From a virus (lineage: Duplodnaviria; Caudoviricetes): a stretch of DNA of 42,131 nt. Shown one piece after another: positions 27,278 through 36,648 of this stretch. The position numbers were made by a program, and so were the translations under genes. Positions within the stretch are counted from its first letter, which is position 1, and every line of letters starts with the position of its first letter. Location: the IMG/VR virus record IMGVR_UViG_3300005805_009402, positions 1-42,131 of that record; one strand, given 5' to 3'. A model generated the notes under the pieces. It ran no database searches. It saw only the letters and a list, made by a program, of their open reading frames with translations, and had not been told where the DNA came from.

Positions 27278-27337
27278 GCTAAAAAAAATAAAATCCAGAT
27301 ACTATATACTATAAAGATTATATTAGGAGTATTAAAA

Positions 27338-27538
27338 ATGAAGAACTTTTTAGGATGGGCCGAAGATAATAAAAAAGAACTACCTTTATTTAGTTTAGAC
27401 GAAAAAACAAAAAGAGCAGCTATTGCAACTTGGGCTTATCCTGATGCTGCCGTGAGATCACAATATCCGGATGGCTACTTTATGCCAATTGCGGCCGATG
27501 CTTTATTTAAATTAAAGGGCCAAAAAAACAAAAAATAA
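27338..27538 (+). CDS. Small hypothetical protein (possible head internal protein)
   Basis: 66 aa; AGGAG RBS; TATATA upstream; N-terminus MKNFLGWAE. Confidence 0.75.
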   Translation: MKNFLGWAEDNKKELPLFSLDEKTKRAAIATWAYPDAAVRSQYPDGYFMPIAADALFKLKGQKNKK

Positions 27539-27555
27539 ATTTTTAATGAAAATAA

Positions 27556-30500
27556 ATGTCTGATTTTATAGAATTAATAACTCCTAAAAAATTAAAATAT
27601 AAAAAAATCAGACTAGGGCCAAAAGAAGACGGTGGATATGTTGTATCTGATTGCGTGTTATCGAATGTAGACTCATTGTTCACGTACGGTGCAGGGGACT
27701 TCATAAGCAGGCCAGAAAATATAGGCTTTGAAAAAGAGTTTGTTAAAAAATACAACAAGCCAGCATATTTGTTTGATCATACCGTTCATATAGATGAATT
27801 CAAAGATGGTTTGATTAGTTTTTTTAACGAAGGGCTTGGCTTTGGCGACAAATGTAATACGTTTTTCAATCATTACAAAAAACTTGGTATAAAAAACAGT
27901 GTATTATTAAAAATAGATATAGAGGGATCTGAGTACGATTTTTTTGAAAGAACAGACATATTTGAATTATCAAAATTAGTATCAGGAATTTGTATAGAAT
28001 TTCATTCTCTAAACATAAAAGAATTTAGAGAAAGATTTGTAAAATTGTGTAAAGAACTAGAAAAATTCTTTGTATTGAATCATGTTCATGGAAATAATTG
28101 GGGCGGAACATTTGAATACGAAGGCTATGATATTCCGACAGTTTTAGAATCAACATATGTTAACAAAAATATAGCCGGAAACTTTATCGAATGTACTGAC
28201 ACCTATCCTATTAAAAATTTGGATTATCCGAACAAAGCCGGAGGCGAAGACATAGATTTGCTTTTCACTAAAAAAAGATTTTCTATCAAGCACTACAGCC
28301 CTTCTTATTTCAAGAACACCTCTTCAGAAACAATAAATGCAGGAACATCGGATGAAAATTCAAAAATAATAAAATTAAATAAAAAATATATCAATCCTAT
28401 ATTTCATCCAAGAAAATTCAAGAAATGGCCAGATAAATTTCATGTTGAATTACAAGGAGAGAATTCTCTTTTTATTAAAAGAACAGATGTTAACAAAGGA
28501 GGATGGGGGGAAATTCTTTTAATAGATGTTGAATTTGATTTGGAAAATAAAACAAATAATACAAACAAACAGAAGATACCCAAGGTAATATATCAAACTT
28601 TTGAAAGCTATGATTTGCCAAAAGGAATGTATGAAGCCGTAAAAAGCTGGATCAATCTTAATCCTGATTACGAACATTATTTTTTTAATGAAAAAGATAG
28701 GTGTGACTTTATACAAAAATATTTTGATAAAAGAGTATTAAATTCATATCTCTCTTTAATTCCTGGTGCGTTTAAGGCTGATTTATGGAGATGCTGCGTA
28801 CTTTATGAAAAAGGTGGCGTTTATGTAGATTCCGATATGATATGCCTTAAACCCTTAAACGAGTTGATAAAAGAAGATGATGAATTCATAATTGCCAGAG
28901 ATGATCCTATGGCCAAAAACTTTTTGGCAAATGGATTTATTGCATGCTTGCCAAAACATCCTTTTTTAGAAGAACAAATAAAAAGAATTGTAGAAAATGT
29001 AGAAAATTTAAGAAAGTGTTATTATTTAGACATTTCTGGGCCTTCTCTTTTGGGCAAATCTGTAAACAATATTTTACAAAGAAATGAAGAGGCACAATTT
29101 GAATTAGGCGTGTTTCAAGAAAAAGATTATCTATTAAAAATAATGAAGCATGACTGGGCTTCTAAAACGCTAAAGTTTAATGAAGAAGATTTTATTTTTA
29201 CGGAATACCAAGAAAAGTCTTCGGAAATGAACTCAATAAACAACCCTTCTTTTTATTCTTTGTATCAAAAAAATATAGTATATCAACAAATACCAAGAAA
29301 CATATATTTTACAACTTATGATTCTGTTTATGTAAATAGTTATATGGTTGAATCTTTTAAAGACAAAAACGAGTATTGGAATTTAAAATATTTCTCAGAC
29401 AAAGAATGTTTAAACTTTTTTGAAAAAGAAAATAAAAATCTAAAAAATCTTTTGGGTTTTGATGCATTGTTATTATTTAAAAGTTTAGAAAATGGTGGAG
29501 AAAGAGCAGACTTCTGGAGATATTGTGTTGTGTACTTATACGGAGGCGTTTATACAGATGCCGACACTTATTGCAATATATCTTTAAATGAATGGATAAA
29601 ACACCACGATTTAATCCTAGGCATAGAGGCTCTGCTACCATTGGAAATAGCAAAGACCTTTGGTATGGACCAAATAGGAATGGTGTATGGAGAAAAAGTA
29701 GTTTCTGTTTGCAATTGGTCTTTCGCGGCCAAGCCAAGACATGATTTTTTCAAAAATTTAATATTAGATATTTTTAATAATCCTATAAAAGACAATGTTT
29801 TACTCAATACAGGGCCAGGAAGAATAACAAAGCATGCAATGAACTATTTTGATCACAAAATACAAGAATTAGAAAAAGGCGATTTAAATAAGGATTCTTC
29901 TGTTTTATTTAGCATAAATAGATTTGGGTCAAATCAATCTCATTCAAATGCATATATTGACTATCAAGATCCATTTAATTCAATAGATGACGCATACATA
30001 ATACATTTATTCGACGGATCTTGGAGAATACAAAGAAACAAGGAAATAAAAAAATATAAATCAAAATTAGGAGTATCTCATAATTTAACTTTAAAAAAAT
30101 GTGAAGACGACACATATTATGGGGTCGCTAGGTTAGACAAAGATACTTCTAGAACTGAATTTTTAAAAAAAATAGGAGACTGCAGAAGCCTGCTAGAATT
30201 AAAATTTGATCAAAGCTTGAATATTATAGAAGAAAAAGAAAGATTTATAACTGGGTATAATGATATCGCTAAATTTGAAGATTATAGAATATTTACTTTT
30301 AATCAAAAAAACTTTTATTCGGTTTCTTACATAGATGAAAATTTTAATACAAAAGTCTCTATTTTAGATGAAAACTTTAAATTTTTAGGTGATGTAAAAA
30401 TAAAAGATAGAAGTTTAAATACAGCTTGGGATAAGGTGTGGGAAAAAAATTGGCTTTTTTTTGAATATAAAAAAGAATTATATTTTATATATTCGACTAC

Positions 30501-30927
30501 ACCAAGATATGTTGTCTATAAATGTATAGACTTTGATAATTTGGTTTTTGAAACCAATATAAATATAAAATGGGAATTTAATGGGCCCAATGATGATTTG
30601 TATTTTGGAAACATTGTTAATACAGGAGGCTCTACTAATCCGGTTTATTTAAAAGAAAAAAATGTTTATTTATATTTAATTCATACTAAATCTTATGAAA
30701 AAAGAAAGTATAATCATTATTTTGTTGTGTTAGATGAAAATCTTAAGCCTATAAAATTTTGCGAAAGACCTGTAGTTAACGAGTATATGGACGAACACCT
30801 AGCATTTGTGTCTTCATTGATAATTGAAGATAACTATATAATCTTGTCAGGCGGAGTTGAAGATAATAAAAATTTTATTTGGCAATTGTCAAAAGATTTT
30901 GTATTTAATAAAATAATTAAAATTTAA
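27556..30927 (+). CDS. Multidomain glycan enzyme: FkbM/Methyltransf_22-like, two GT32 (DxD) domains and a C-terminal GH130-like beta-propeller
   Basis: RLG...DGGY and LKIDIEGSE; IPKVIYQT..ADLWR..LY..GGVY.D.D twice; EDYRIF and EKNW in the C-terminus. Confidence 0.85.
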   Translation: MSDFIELITPKKLKYKKIRLGPKEDGGYVVSDCVLSNVDSLFTYGAGDFISRPENIGFEKEFVKKYNKPAYLFDHTVHIDEFKDGLISFFNEGLGFGDKCNTFFNHYKKLGIKNSVLLKIDIEGSEYDFFERTDIFELSKLVSGICIEFHSLNIKEFRERFVKLCKELEKFFVLNHVHGNNWGGTFEYEGYDIPTVLESTYVNKNIAGNFIECTDTYPIKNLDYPNKAGGEDIDLLFTKKRFSIKHYSPSYFKNTSSETINAGTSDENSKIIKLNKKYINPIFHPRKFKKWPDKFHVELQGENSLFIKRTDVNKGGWGEILLIDVEFDLENKTNNTNKQKIPKVIYQTFESYDLPKGMYEAVKSWINLNPDYEHYFFNEKDRCDFIQKYFDKRVLNSYLSLIPGAFKADLWRCCVLYEKGGVYVDSDMICLKPLNELIKEDDEFIIARDDPMAKNFLANGFIACLPKHPFLEEQIKRIVENVENLRKCYYLDISGPSLLGKSVNNILQRNEEAQFELGVFQEKDYLLKIMKHDWASKTLKFNEEDFIFTEYQEKSSEMNSINNPSFYSLYQKNIVYQQIPRNIYFTTYDSVYVNSYMVESFKDKNEYWNLKYFSDKECLNFFEKENKNLKNLLGFDALLLFKSLENGGERADFWRYCVVYLYGGVYTDADTYCNISLNEWIKHHDLILGIEALLPLEIAKTFGMDQIGMVYGEKVVSVCNWSFAAKPRHDFFKNLILDIFNNPIKDNVLLNTGPGRITKHAMNYFDHKIQELEKGDLNKDSSVLFSINRFGSNQSHSNAYIDYQDPFNSIDDAYIIHLFDGSWRIQRNKEIKKYKSKLGVSHNLTLKKCEDDTYYGVARLDKDTSRTEFLKKIGDCRSLLELKFDQSLNIIEEKERFITGYNDIAKFEDYRIFTFNQKNFYSVSYIDENFNTKVSILDENFKFLGDVKIKDRSLNTAWDKVWEKNWLFFEYKKELYFIYSTTPRYVVYKCIDFDNLVFETNINIKWEFNGPNDDLYFGNIVNTGGSTNPVYLKEKNVYLYLIHTKSYEKRKYNHYFVVLDENLKPIKFCERPVVNEYMDEHLAFVSSLIIEDNYIILSGGVEDNKNFIWQLSKDFVFNKIIKI

Positions 30928-30928
30928 A

Positions 30929-32146
30929 TCATTCCCCTAAAACCTCATTGTCTATGGTTTCATCATCATCTTCTTTTACATCAACTTCCATAGTATCATC
31001 TGCAAGTTGAAAATTAATAGCAGCCATATAAGGCTTCATGTATGATTCAACCTCTTCTCTGGAACTGGCGTCTATAAGCTTTGGATTGCTTAACAATATA
31101 TCTAGAGGTAAATCATTTCTTTCTATGCTAGCCTTGAACTTATTATCTTCTTTGTTTTCACCTAAAAATTCATCTTTAATAATAAAGTTACCTGCACCTT
31201 TTGCTATTAATCTTTCTTCTTCAAGCAGACAGCTTAATAGGCCGCTTAAAGGATTTACGCCTCTGTCGAATAATAGCTGTATACCTTCACTTTCAACAAA
31301 CGGTTTATGGGTTTTATTTTTTACATTTTTTATTTTAAGATTAACTCCTAAAATTTTATTTTTCTTAGCAGTAATTTTTTTCTCTATCTTTTTTTGTGTT
31401 TGAGGTCTTAGTCTACAACTAGCGTAGAATGGTAAAGCGTTTCCGCCACCGGCAGTTGTCTCTGGGTTACCAAACATTATTCCTATCTTTTCTCTTGTCT
31501 GATTCAGAATAATAACTGTGGCACCCGTATCAGCCATTACGCTATTTAATTTTCTTAATTCTCTTGAGCATATCTTGGCTCGCTCGCCAGGTTGTTCATT
31601 GCCGCCCACTATTTTTTTATAAGTAGCCTTGTCGTAGTCTTCTGGGAGATCTACTTCTCTAAGCTCTCTTGCAGATGGACTGACGCCTATTGAATCATAT
31701 ACTATTACTATTGGTATATCTTTATTCTTTTTTCTTATTTTATCAATGACAGAATACATTTTAGAAAAAACATCCTCTAAAGATTGAGGAGAGTATCTTA
31801 AAAGTCTTTTATTGTCTATGTGACTAGCACTTTCTATAAATTCTTTATTGGCACTATTTTCACAATCAAGCAGCACAGGAACGCCACCCATCTTCTGGCA
31901 GCCGTATAATATGTTGTTTCCAATTAAGCTCTTAGCACTACTTGAGGGGCCGTATATCTCTGTGAGCTTCCCGCCTGGAATTCCTCCAGATATAAATTTC
32001 CCGCTACATATATAGTTTAATGCTAGGCTGCCCGTGTCTACAAAGTAGTTGACGCTATCTATATCACTTAATATGTCTCCACCAGTCTCTTTGGCGATAT
32101 CACTAAAAAAATCATCGCCACTATTTTCTAATTTTTTTCTTCCCAT
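30929..32146 (-). CDS. recA: RecA/UvsX recombinase
   Basis: TGSLALN, G.P.G..TEIYGPSSSAKS, VYDSI, NQTREKIG.MFGNPETT.GG.AL.FYAS.RL. Confidence 0.93.
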   Translation of the reverse strand: MGRKKLENSGDDFFSDIAKETGGDILSDIDSVNYFVDTGSLALNYICSGKFISGGIPGGKLTEIYGPSSSAKSLIGNNILYGCQKMGGVPVLLDCENSANKEFIESASHIDNKRLLRYSPQSLEDVFSKMYSVIDKIRKKNKDIPIVIVYDSIGVSPSARELREVDLPEDYDKATYKKIVGGNEQPGERAKICSRELRKLNSVMADTGATVIILNQTREKIGIMFGNPETTAGGGNALPFYASCRLRPQTQKKIEKKITAKKNKILGVNLKIKNVKNKTHKPFVESEGIQLLFDRGVNPLSGLLSCLLEEERLIAKGAGNFIIKDEFLGENKEDNKFKASIERNDLPLDILLSNPKLIDASSREEVESYMKPYMAAINFQLADDTMEVDVKEDDDETIDNEVLGE

Positions 32147-32164
32147 TTTTTTTCCTTTTAAATT

Positions 32165-32192
32165 ATTATAACTTTTTAAAAAATAAAAGCAA
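32165..32192 (-). promoter_or_regulatory. sigma70-like promoter TTGCTT-16-TATAAT for recA
   Basis: Minus strand ttgctt ttattttttaaaaagt tataat, then an AAGGA RBS. Confidence 0.6.
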
Positions 32193-32197
32193 CATCT

Positions 32198-32246
32198 AAA
32201 ATAAATCGGGGCGAATATTGAAAAATAATATTCGCCCCGATTTTTT
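32198..32246 (-). terminator. Intrinsic terminator after ssb (17-bp stem, potentially bidirectional)
   Basis: aaatcggggcgaatatt-gaaaaat-aatattcgccccgattt. Confidence 0.85.
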
Positions 32247-32262
32247 AATTAGTGTCTAAAAA

Positions 32263-33246
32263 TTACAGATCATCTATTTCTTTTAAAAATTCGTCGTCAG
32301 CCATTATTTCTTCTTCTTCGGCTGCAGCCTCTTCAACAATGTCTTCTATCAAATTCTTTTTTGCTTTAGGCTTCTCTGGCTTAACGGCCACTGCTACTTC
32401 TTCGGAATTCTTTTTAGAGAATTCTTCTGCGTCGTAGTCGGAATCGCCTTGCTCATTTATTAAGCCCAAGTGAACTTTTAAGGCATGTTTGAGTTCATCA
32501 TCAGTTTTAATAACTCTAATTGCTTGTAAATCATGAAGGCTTTCCACCCATCTTTCTATCTCATCAGGATCGCCCATAGGACTTGGGTCCATGAATTTTG
32601 ATTGGTCGTAATTAGGATATTCCACTCCATTAGCACCCTTTACGATCTTTTTAACCAACTTGAAGTCTCGACCATTTTTAGGACTAGTTATATCGCCCAA
32701 TGGTTCTTCTCCGGCAGCTTCGTCACCAACTATTGCTCTCATAATTTGAGCGTGAATAGTTTTGCCACAGCTTAAAATTTTAGGGCCAACATTTTTAATA
32801 ACGTCGCCTGTTTTTGGGTCTTTTTCTTGTCTTACTATAACATTATAGTAATACCTCTCTATACCCTTAAGCTCTCTATATTTGTTTCTTAAATCTTCCT
32901 GTTCTTGGCCGGAAACTTTTTCGCTCTTGGCCCACAAATCTCTTAGGTATTTATCAATAACAGTGTTTTCGCCAATCCAACGAAAATCACCTTTTTCAGT
33001 TTTAGTAAGTTTTTTCGGGCTAAAATAAATTTTAAAATTTCCGTTGCCATCTTTTAGGCGATGAAACTTTGTGGCACAAAAAAGGTGTTCGCCTTTTCTT
33101 CTAGGAAGAAATCTTAAAGTGATAAAAGAATTGCCTTCTGGGTATCTTACATACAGATTATTTTCACTATTAACTTGAGTCTTTGAGTTTACTCTTGTGC
33201 TCTCGGCGGCAATCTCGGATAGATCTAAAGAATCATAAGCAGCCAT
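32263..33246 (-). CDS. Single-stranded DNA-binding protein, T4 gp32-like
   Basis: LRFLP, RYYYNV, GRDFKL, PNYD.SKF and acidic C-terminal tail; start MAAYDS at 33246 with AAGGAG RBS. Confidence 0.85.
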   Translation of the reverse strand: MAAYDSLDLSEIAAESTRVNSKTQVNSENNLYVRYPEGNSFITLRFLPRRKGEHLFCATKFHRLKDGNGNFKIYFSPKKLTKTEKGDFRWIGENTVIDKYLRDLWAKSEKVSGQEQEDLRNKYRELKGIERYYYNVIVRQEKDPKTGDVIKNVGPKILSCGKTIHAQIMRAIVGDEAAGEEPLGDITSPKNGRDFKLVKKIVKGANGVEYPNYDQSKFMDPSPMGDPDEIERWVESLHDLQAIRVIKTDDELKHALKVHLGLINEQGDSDYDAEEFSKKNSEEVAVAVKPEKPKAKKNLIEDIVEEAAAEEEEIMADDEFLKEIDDL

Positions 33247-33287
33247 TGAATTTTCTCCTTTTAAATTTTTTATCAACTGTGTCTTGA

Positions 33288-33315
33288 ATTATATCCAAAA
33301 AAAAATAAAGTTCAA
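33288..33315 (-). promoter_or_regulatory. sigma70-like promoter TTGAAC-16-TATAAT for ssb
   Basis: Minus strand ttgaac tttatttttttttgga tataat. Confidence 0.6.
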
Positions 33316-33325
33316 ACAAAAAATT

Positions 33326-33769
33326 TCAAAATTCTTTGACATCATAGCTAGTTATGGTGTCGCCTGGGTATAGTGTAATTTCTTTTTTGCCCTCTTTATG
33401 CAATTGTATTCTTTCTTTTATGCTAAGCTTTCTATAAGATTTTATTTTAGGTTTATTTTTTTTGTCCTTTTTATTTTTACTCTTTTGCTCTTTTACATAT
33501 TGTTTTTCCAACTCTTCTAATATTTTATAATTTTTTTCTATTTGTTCTATAATTGCCTTATCTTTCTTTGCTATATCTTCTGGATTTTGATTTTTTATAT
33601 ATGGCTTTGGCTTGCCGTTTTTTAATTCATATTCTATCTCATACTTAGATTTTTCTTCATTTTCTTTTTTTCTTTGTTTTCTAATTTGCTCTCTTCTTGC
33701 TAAAACTCTTTTTTTAGCAATTTCTTCTCTCTTCTTCTTTTTTCTTTCTATTTGTCTTTTTTTTGACAT
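33326..33769 (-). CDS. Highly basic coiled-coil hypothetical protein
   Basis: 147 aa, Lys/Arg-rich. Confidence 0.7.
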   Translation of the reverse strand: MSKKRQIERKKKKREEIAKKRVLARREQIRKQRKKENEEKSKYEIEYELKNGKPKPYIKNQNPEDIAKKDKAIIEQIEKNYKILEELEKQYVKEQKSKNKKDKKNKPKIKSYRKLSIKERIQLHKEGKKEITLYPGDTITSYDVKEF

Positions 33770-33770
33770 T

Positions 33771-34475
33771 TTATAAACCTTTCCTTAAAGATGGTAAATC
33801 TTCTCTTATAACTCCACTCCAATTAAGAGTGTTAACTTCTTTTTCTTGAAAATTGTCTTCATCTTGTCCGATTAAATTAGTGGGTGGTAAGAAACAAAGG
33901 TCGGAAACTTTTTGCGTAAAATTTTTATCATCAATTAAAGTATAAATTTGATTTACGCCGTTAGGATGCGATTCAATTTGATATATATCGTATGCCTTAT
34001 CAGGTGTTAACTTGATTCCGTTTTTAAGAAGATCTATTTGCTGTTGGGGTTCGGGTACAAATATCATTCTTCTTATAACTTTTTTTAGATTATTTTCTTT
34101 TTTTAGATTATTTTCTTTATTATCAATTTGCTTTGCTTTAATTTCGGCCTTTTGAATTAAATCATTTTGCTCTTCTGTATCTTCTGATTCTACTATTACT
34201 TGCACACCCTCTTCATTAAACAGGTATTTTTTATTTTTTAGCACAATTCCATTTTTAGTTTCTTTATATTTAATTTTCTTTTTTGTAATTTCATAAACTT
34301 CTAAATCCTTAACGTATATATCTCTTCTTGCAAGTTGTAGAAATATTGATTTAGAAAGCTCTTCTAAAGAAAAATCTTCATAAGGATCTCCCAATCTTTT
34401 TTTAAATGTTTTTATATTTTCTTCGTAACCATTTTCTTTTTTTTCTTGATAGTGATATATGATTTCAAATCCCAT
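33771..34475 (-). CDS. Hypothetical protein
   Basis: 234-aa ORF in a coupled operon. Confidence 0.75.
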   Translation of the reverse strand: MGFEIIYHYQEKKENGYEENIKTFKKRLGDPYEDFSLEELSKSIFLQLARRDIYVKDLEVYEITKKKIKYKETKNGIVLKNKKYLFNEEGVQVIVESEDTEEQNDLIQKAEIKAKQIDNKENNLKKENNLKKVIRRMIFVPEPQQQIDLLKNGIKLTPDKAYDIYQIESHPNGVNQIYTLIDDKNFTQKVSDLCFLPPTNLIGQDEDNFQEKEVNTLNWSGVIREDLPSLRKGL

Positions 34476-35072
34476 TTATTTTATTATTACTCCTATTTTA
34501 TGGTTAACAACCGTATGTGTCGGATTGTAACTTTTTACTATATTTTTAAATATATCAAAAATATTTTTTTTTGTCAAATCACTAAAAACAAAAAAACCAT
34601 TTTTGTTAAGCTTATTTAAATAAAATTCTTCAGTGATTTCAAACATTTTATCGTAATTATATTCTTGATTTATTATAATTAAATCAAATTTTTTATTAAA
34701 TAATAATAAAAACTCTTCATCAGATAATTCGCCACAATATATGTCGTACTTATTATTATAATTTATTGCTAAGTTGCTTCTTGCTATATTGGTATTAAAA
34801 TAGCTTTTTGACTTTTGTTGAAATCCTAAAAAATACTCTGTTTTCTTGCAGGACTTAAAAAAAACAGAGCTTAAAAAAGAGAGATTTATCCCTAATTCAA
34901 AAACTTTTAAAGGTTCAATAAATTTTCCTAAATGATAAAAAAAAGGTATATAAATATCATCGTTATACTTTGTGGTTTTTTTTGAATTATTATCTATAAA
35001 TTTAAAATTATAAGTTAATTGTCTAGTTGATATTATATTTTTATTTAATTCTTTTTCTATTTCATTAAACAT
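34476..35072 (-). CDS. Divergent class I SAM-dependent methyltransferase-like protein (Methyltransf_24-like)
   Basis: P..VFELG, FDLIII, L.K.G..VF.D pattern; motifs are degenerate. Confidence 0.5.
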   Translation of the reverse strand: MFNEIEKELNKNIISTRQLTYNFKFIDNNSKKTTKYNDDIYIPFFYHLGKFIEPLKVFELGINLSFLSSVFFKSCKKTEYFLGFQQKSKSYFNTNIARSNLAINYNNKYDIYCGELSDEEFLLLFNKKFDLIIINQEYNYDKMFEITEEFYLNKLNKNGFFVFSDLTKKNIFDIFKNIVKSYNPTHTVVNHKIGVIIK

Positions 35073-35610
35073 AATTTTTTTTCATCCAAAAAGAATCTAT
35101 CTTTATTTTAAATAATTTTATATCAGACATTTCCATTATATTTGCTCTTATCATATGAGACTCTTCGTCTTCGGTTATAGTTCCAACTCTATCTGCATAG
35201 TAGACCTCCTTAATATTAAAGTTAATCAATCTTTGAAGACAATTAATACAAGGAAGCCCTGTAACAAAAATTCTGGCTCCTCCGATAGCTTTTGGGTTTA
35301 TCATACAATTTAGCATTGCGTTTTCTTCGGCATGAATCATGTATTTTCTTTTTTTATCTCTTATATTTAAAGGTATTTTATTTAAATCAGATTTTTGTAC
35401 AGTCCCATTATAGCCAGTTCCTATTATGTTGTGTTCTAATGTTGTAATTATTGCACCATGCCTAATATTTGGATCGTCGCTTCTCAAAGAAACATCGCTA
35501 GCTAAAAGCAAAAAATATTCTATGAAATTAGGGCGTTCTATTGGCAATTCATATTTTTTTAAAAAACTTTTTCTATTTTTTTCTTCGGCAATATTCTTTT
35601 CTTTTTCCAT
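35065..35610 (-). CDS. dCMP deaminase
   Basis: RS.DP...GA.I, TGYNG, HAEENA and PCxxC motifs. Confidence 0.93.
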   Translation of the reverse strand: MEKEKNIAEEKNRKSFLKKYELPIERPNFIEYFLLLASDVSLRSDDPNIRHGAIITTLEHNIIGTGYNGTVQKSDLNKIPLNIRDKKRKYMIHAEENAMLNCMINPKAIGGARIFVTGLPCINCLQRLINFNIKEVYYADRVGTITEDEESHMIRANIMEMSDIKLFKIKIDSFWMKKNYV

Positions 35611-36155
35611 ATTTCTAAATCAAGCTCGCTCGGTGTTTTGTTTAGTTTGTCGGCTATTTCAATAAATATGTTTTCTATTTTTTTATATTGATTTTTATTA
35701 GGCGTTTGCTTGGGAACATTATATCCTAAATCTTTTAGAAAAGAAAGTATATGTCTATCTAATCCTGCGAGTCTCTGATTTTTTCTAGTATGTATTAAAA
35801 AACACCTAGCAGTTTTTGATCCTAGACCCCAAATACTTTCCAATTCTTCGACGCTACATTTTTTTAAATCTAAATTCTTATTTATTAAATTTAATATTGT
35901 TTTGGACTTATTATTGTAACACCCTACTCCAAATTTTTTAAGTGCAAAAGGTAAATTTTTAATTGATAATATTATTTTAAAAGGAGTTGTTTCTTTAGAA
36001 GCTTCTCCAAAGTAATCTAAAAAATTTTTTAAACAAATTGCAGAAGTATGACCATTTTTGCCAGCAGCAAAAATCCAAAACAATAAATTTAATTCTAATT
36101 CATCATCAGTTAAGTCAAAATTTGTTATATTATCTGGATCAACTTTATATTGCAT
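35559..36155 (-). CDS. HhH-GPD DNA glycosylase (EndoIII/Ogg-like)
   Basis: L..I.GLG.KTA..FL......LDRH; likely start MQYKVDP at 36155. Confidence 0.82.
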   Translation of the reverse strand: MQYKVDPDNITNFDLTDDELELNLLFWIFAAGKNGHTSAICLKNFLDYFGEASKETTPFKIILSIKNLPFALKKFGVGCYNNKSKTILNLINKNLDLKKCSVEELESIWGLGSKTARCFLIHTRKNQRLAGLDRHILSFLKDLGYNVPKQTPNKNQYKKIENIFIEIADKLNKTPSELDLEIWKKKRILPKKKIEKVF

Positions 36156-36156
36156 C

Positions 36157-36636
36157 TTAAGCCTCAGAAGTAAACTTATCAAAGTCATCTTCTATAGTTT
36201 TATATATATCTTTATTTAATTTGTCTAACTCTTTTCTTAAACTATGTCCTCTATTTTGAACATTGTCATGATTTTTATCCCAAGCTCTTAAGTGAGCTTT
36301 TAAAAAGCCTTCTATTTCTTTTTTTTCTACAACATTCTTTTTTGCTCGAACCACCTCTTCGTCTGCGTTTGCTTTTGCCTTTGCATATTGTTCTGTTCCA
36401 CCGTTATCTTTAGCCTCTACATATTTTTTGCTATAAACTTCTTCTGCCTCAATCTCAGCTATCATTCTAGCTTTTTGGGCTAATTCTAATTGTTTGCCAA
36501 AATAATCTATCCATCCATACTCTTTTTGCATATATTCATTAATATTATTGTCTGCAAATTCCATATTTTTTGGGTCTAATTTTATCTCTTTTCCGTTTAC
36601 AGTAACGGTTAATATTTCAGTAGGTGGAAGATTCAT
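36157..36636 (-). CDS. uvsY: UvsY-like recombination mediator
   Basis: All-helical 159-aa protein with a UvsY-like pattern; co-located with UvsX, SSB and gp41. Confidence 0.6.
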   Translation of the reverse strand: MNLPPTEILTVTVNGKEIKLDPKNMEFADNNINEYMQKEYGWIDYFGKQLELAQKARMIAEIEAEEVYSKKYVEAKDNGGTEQYAKAKANADEEVVRAKKNVVEKKEIEGFLKAHLRAWDKNHDNVQNRGHSLRKELDKLNKDIYKTIEDDFDKFTSEA

Positions 36637-36648
36637 TATGTTTCCTTT

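Noticed and set aside
31930-31960. Non-canonical RecA Walker A (GPSSSAKS) as an inactivating change
   Set aside because: Phage UvsX proteins tolerate a non-Gly residue here (T4 UvsX has GPSKSFKS); the other motifs are intact.
34081-34118. 18-nt tandem duplication (KENNLK x2)
   Set aside because: Trivial in-frame slippage duplication in a low-complexity linker.
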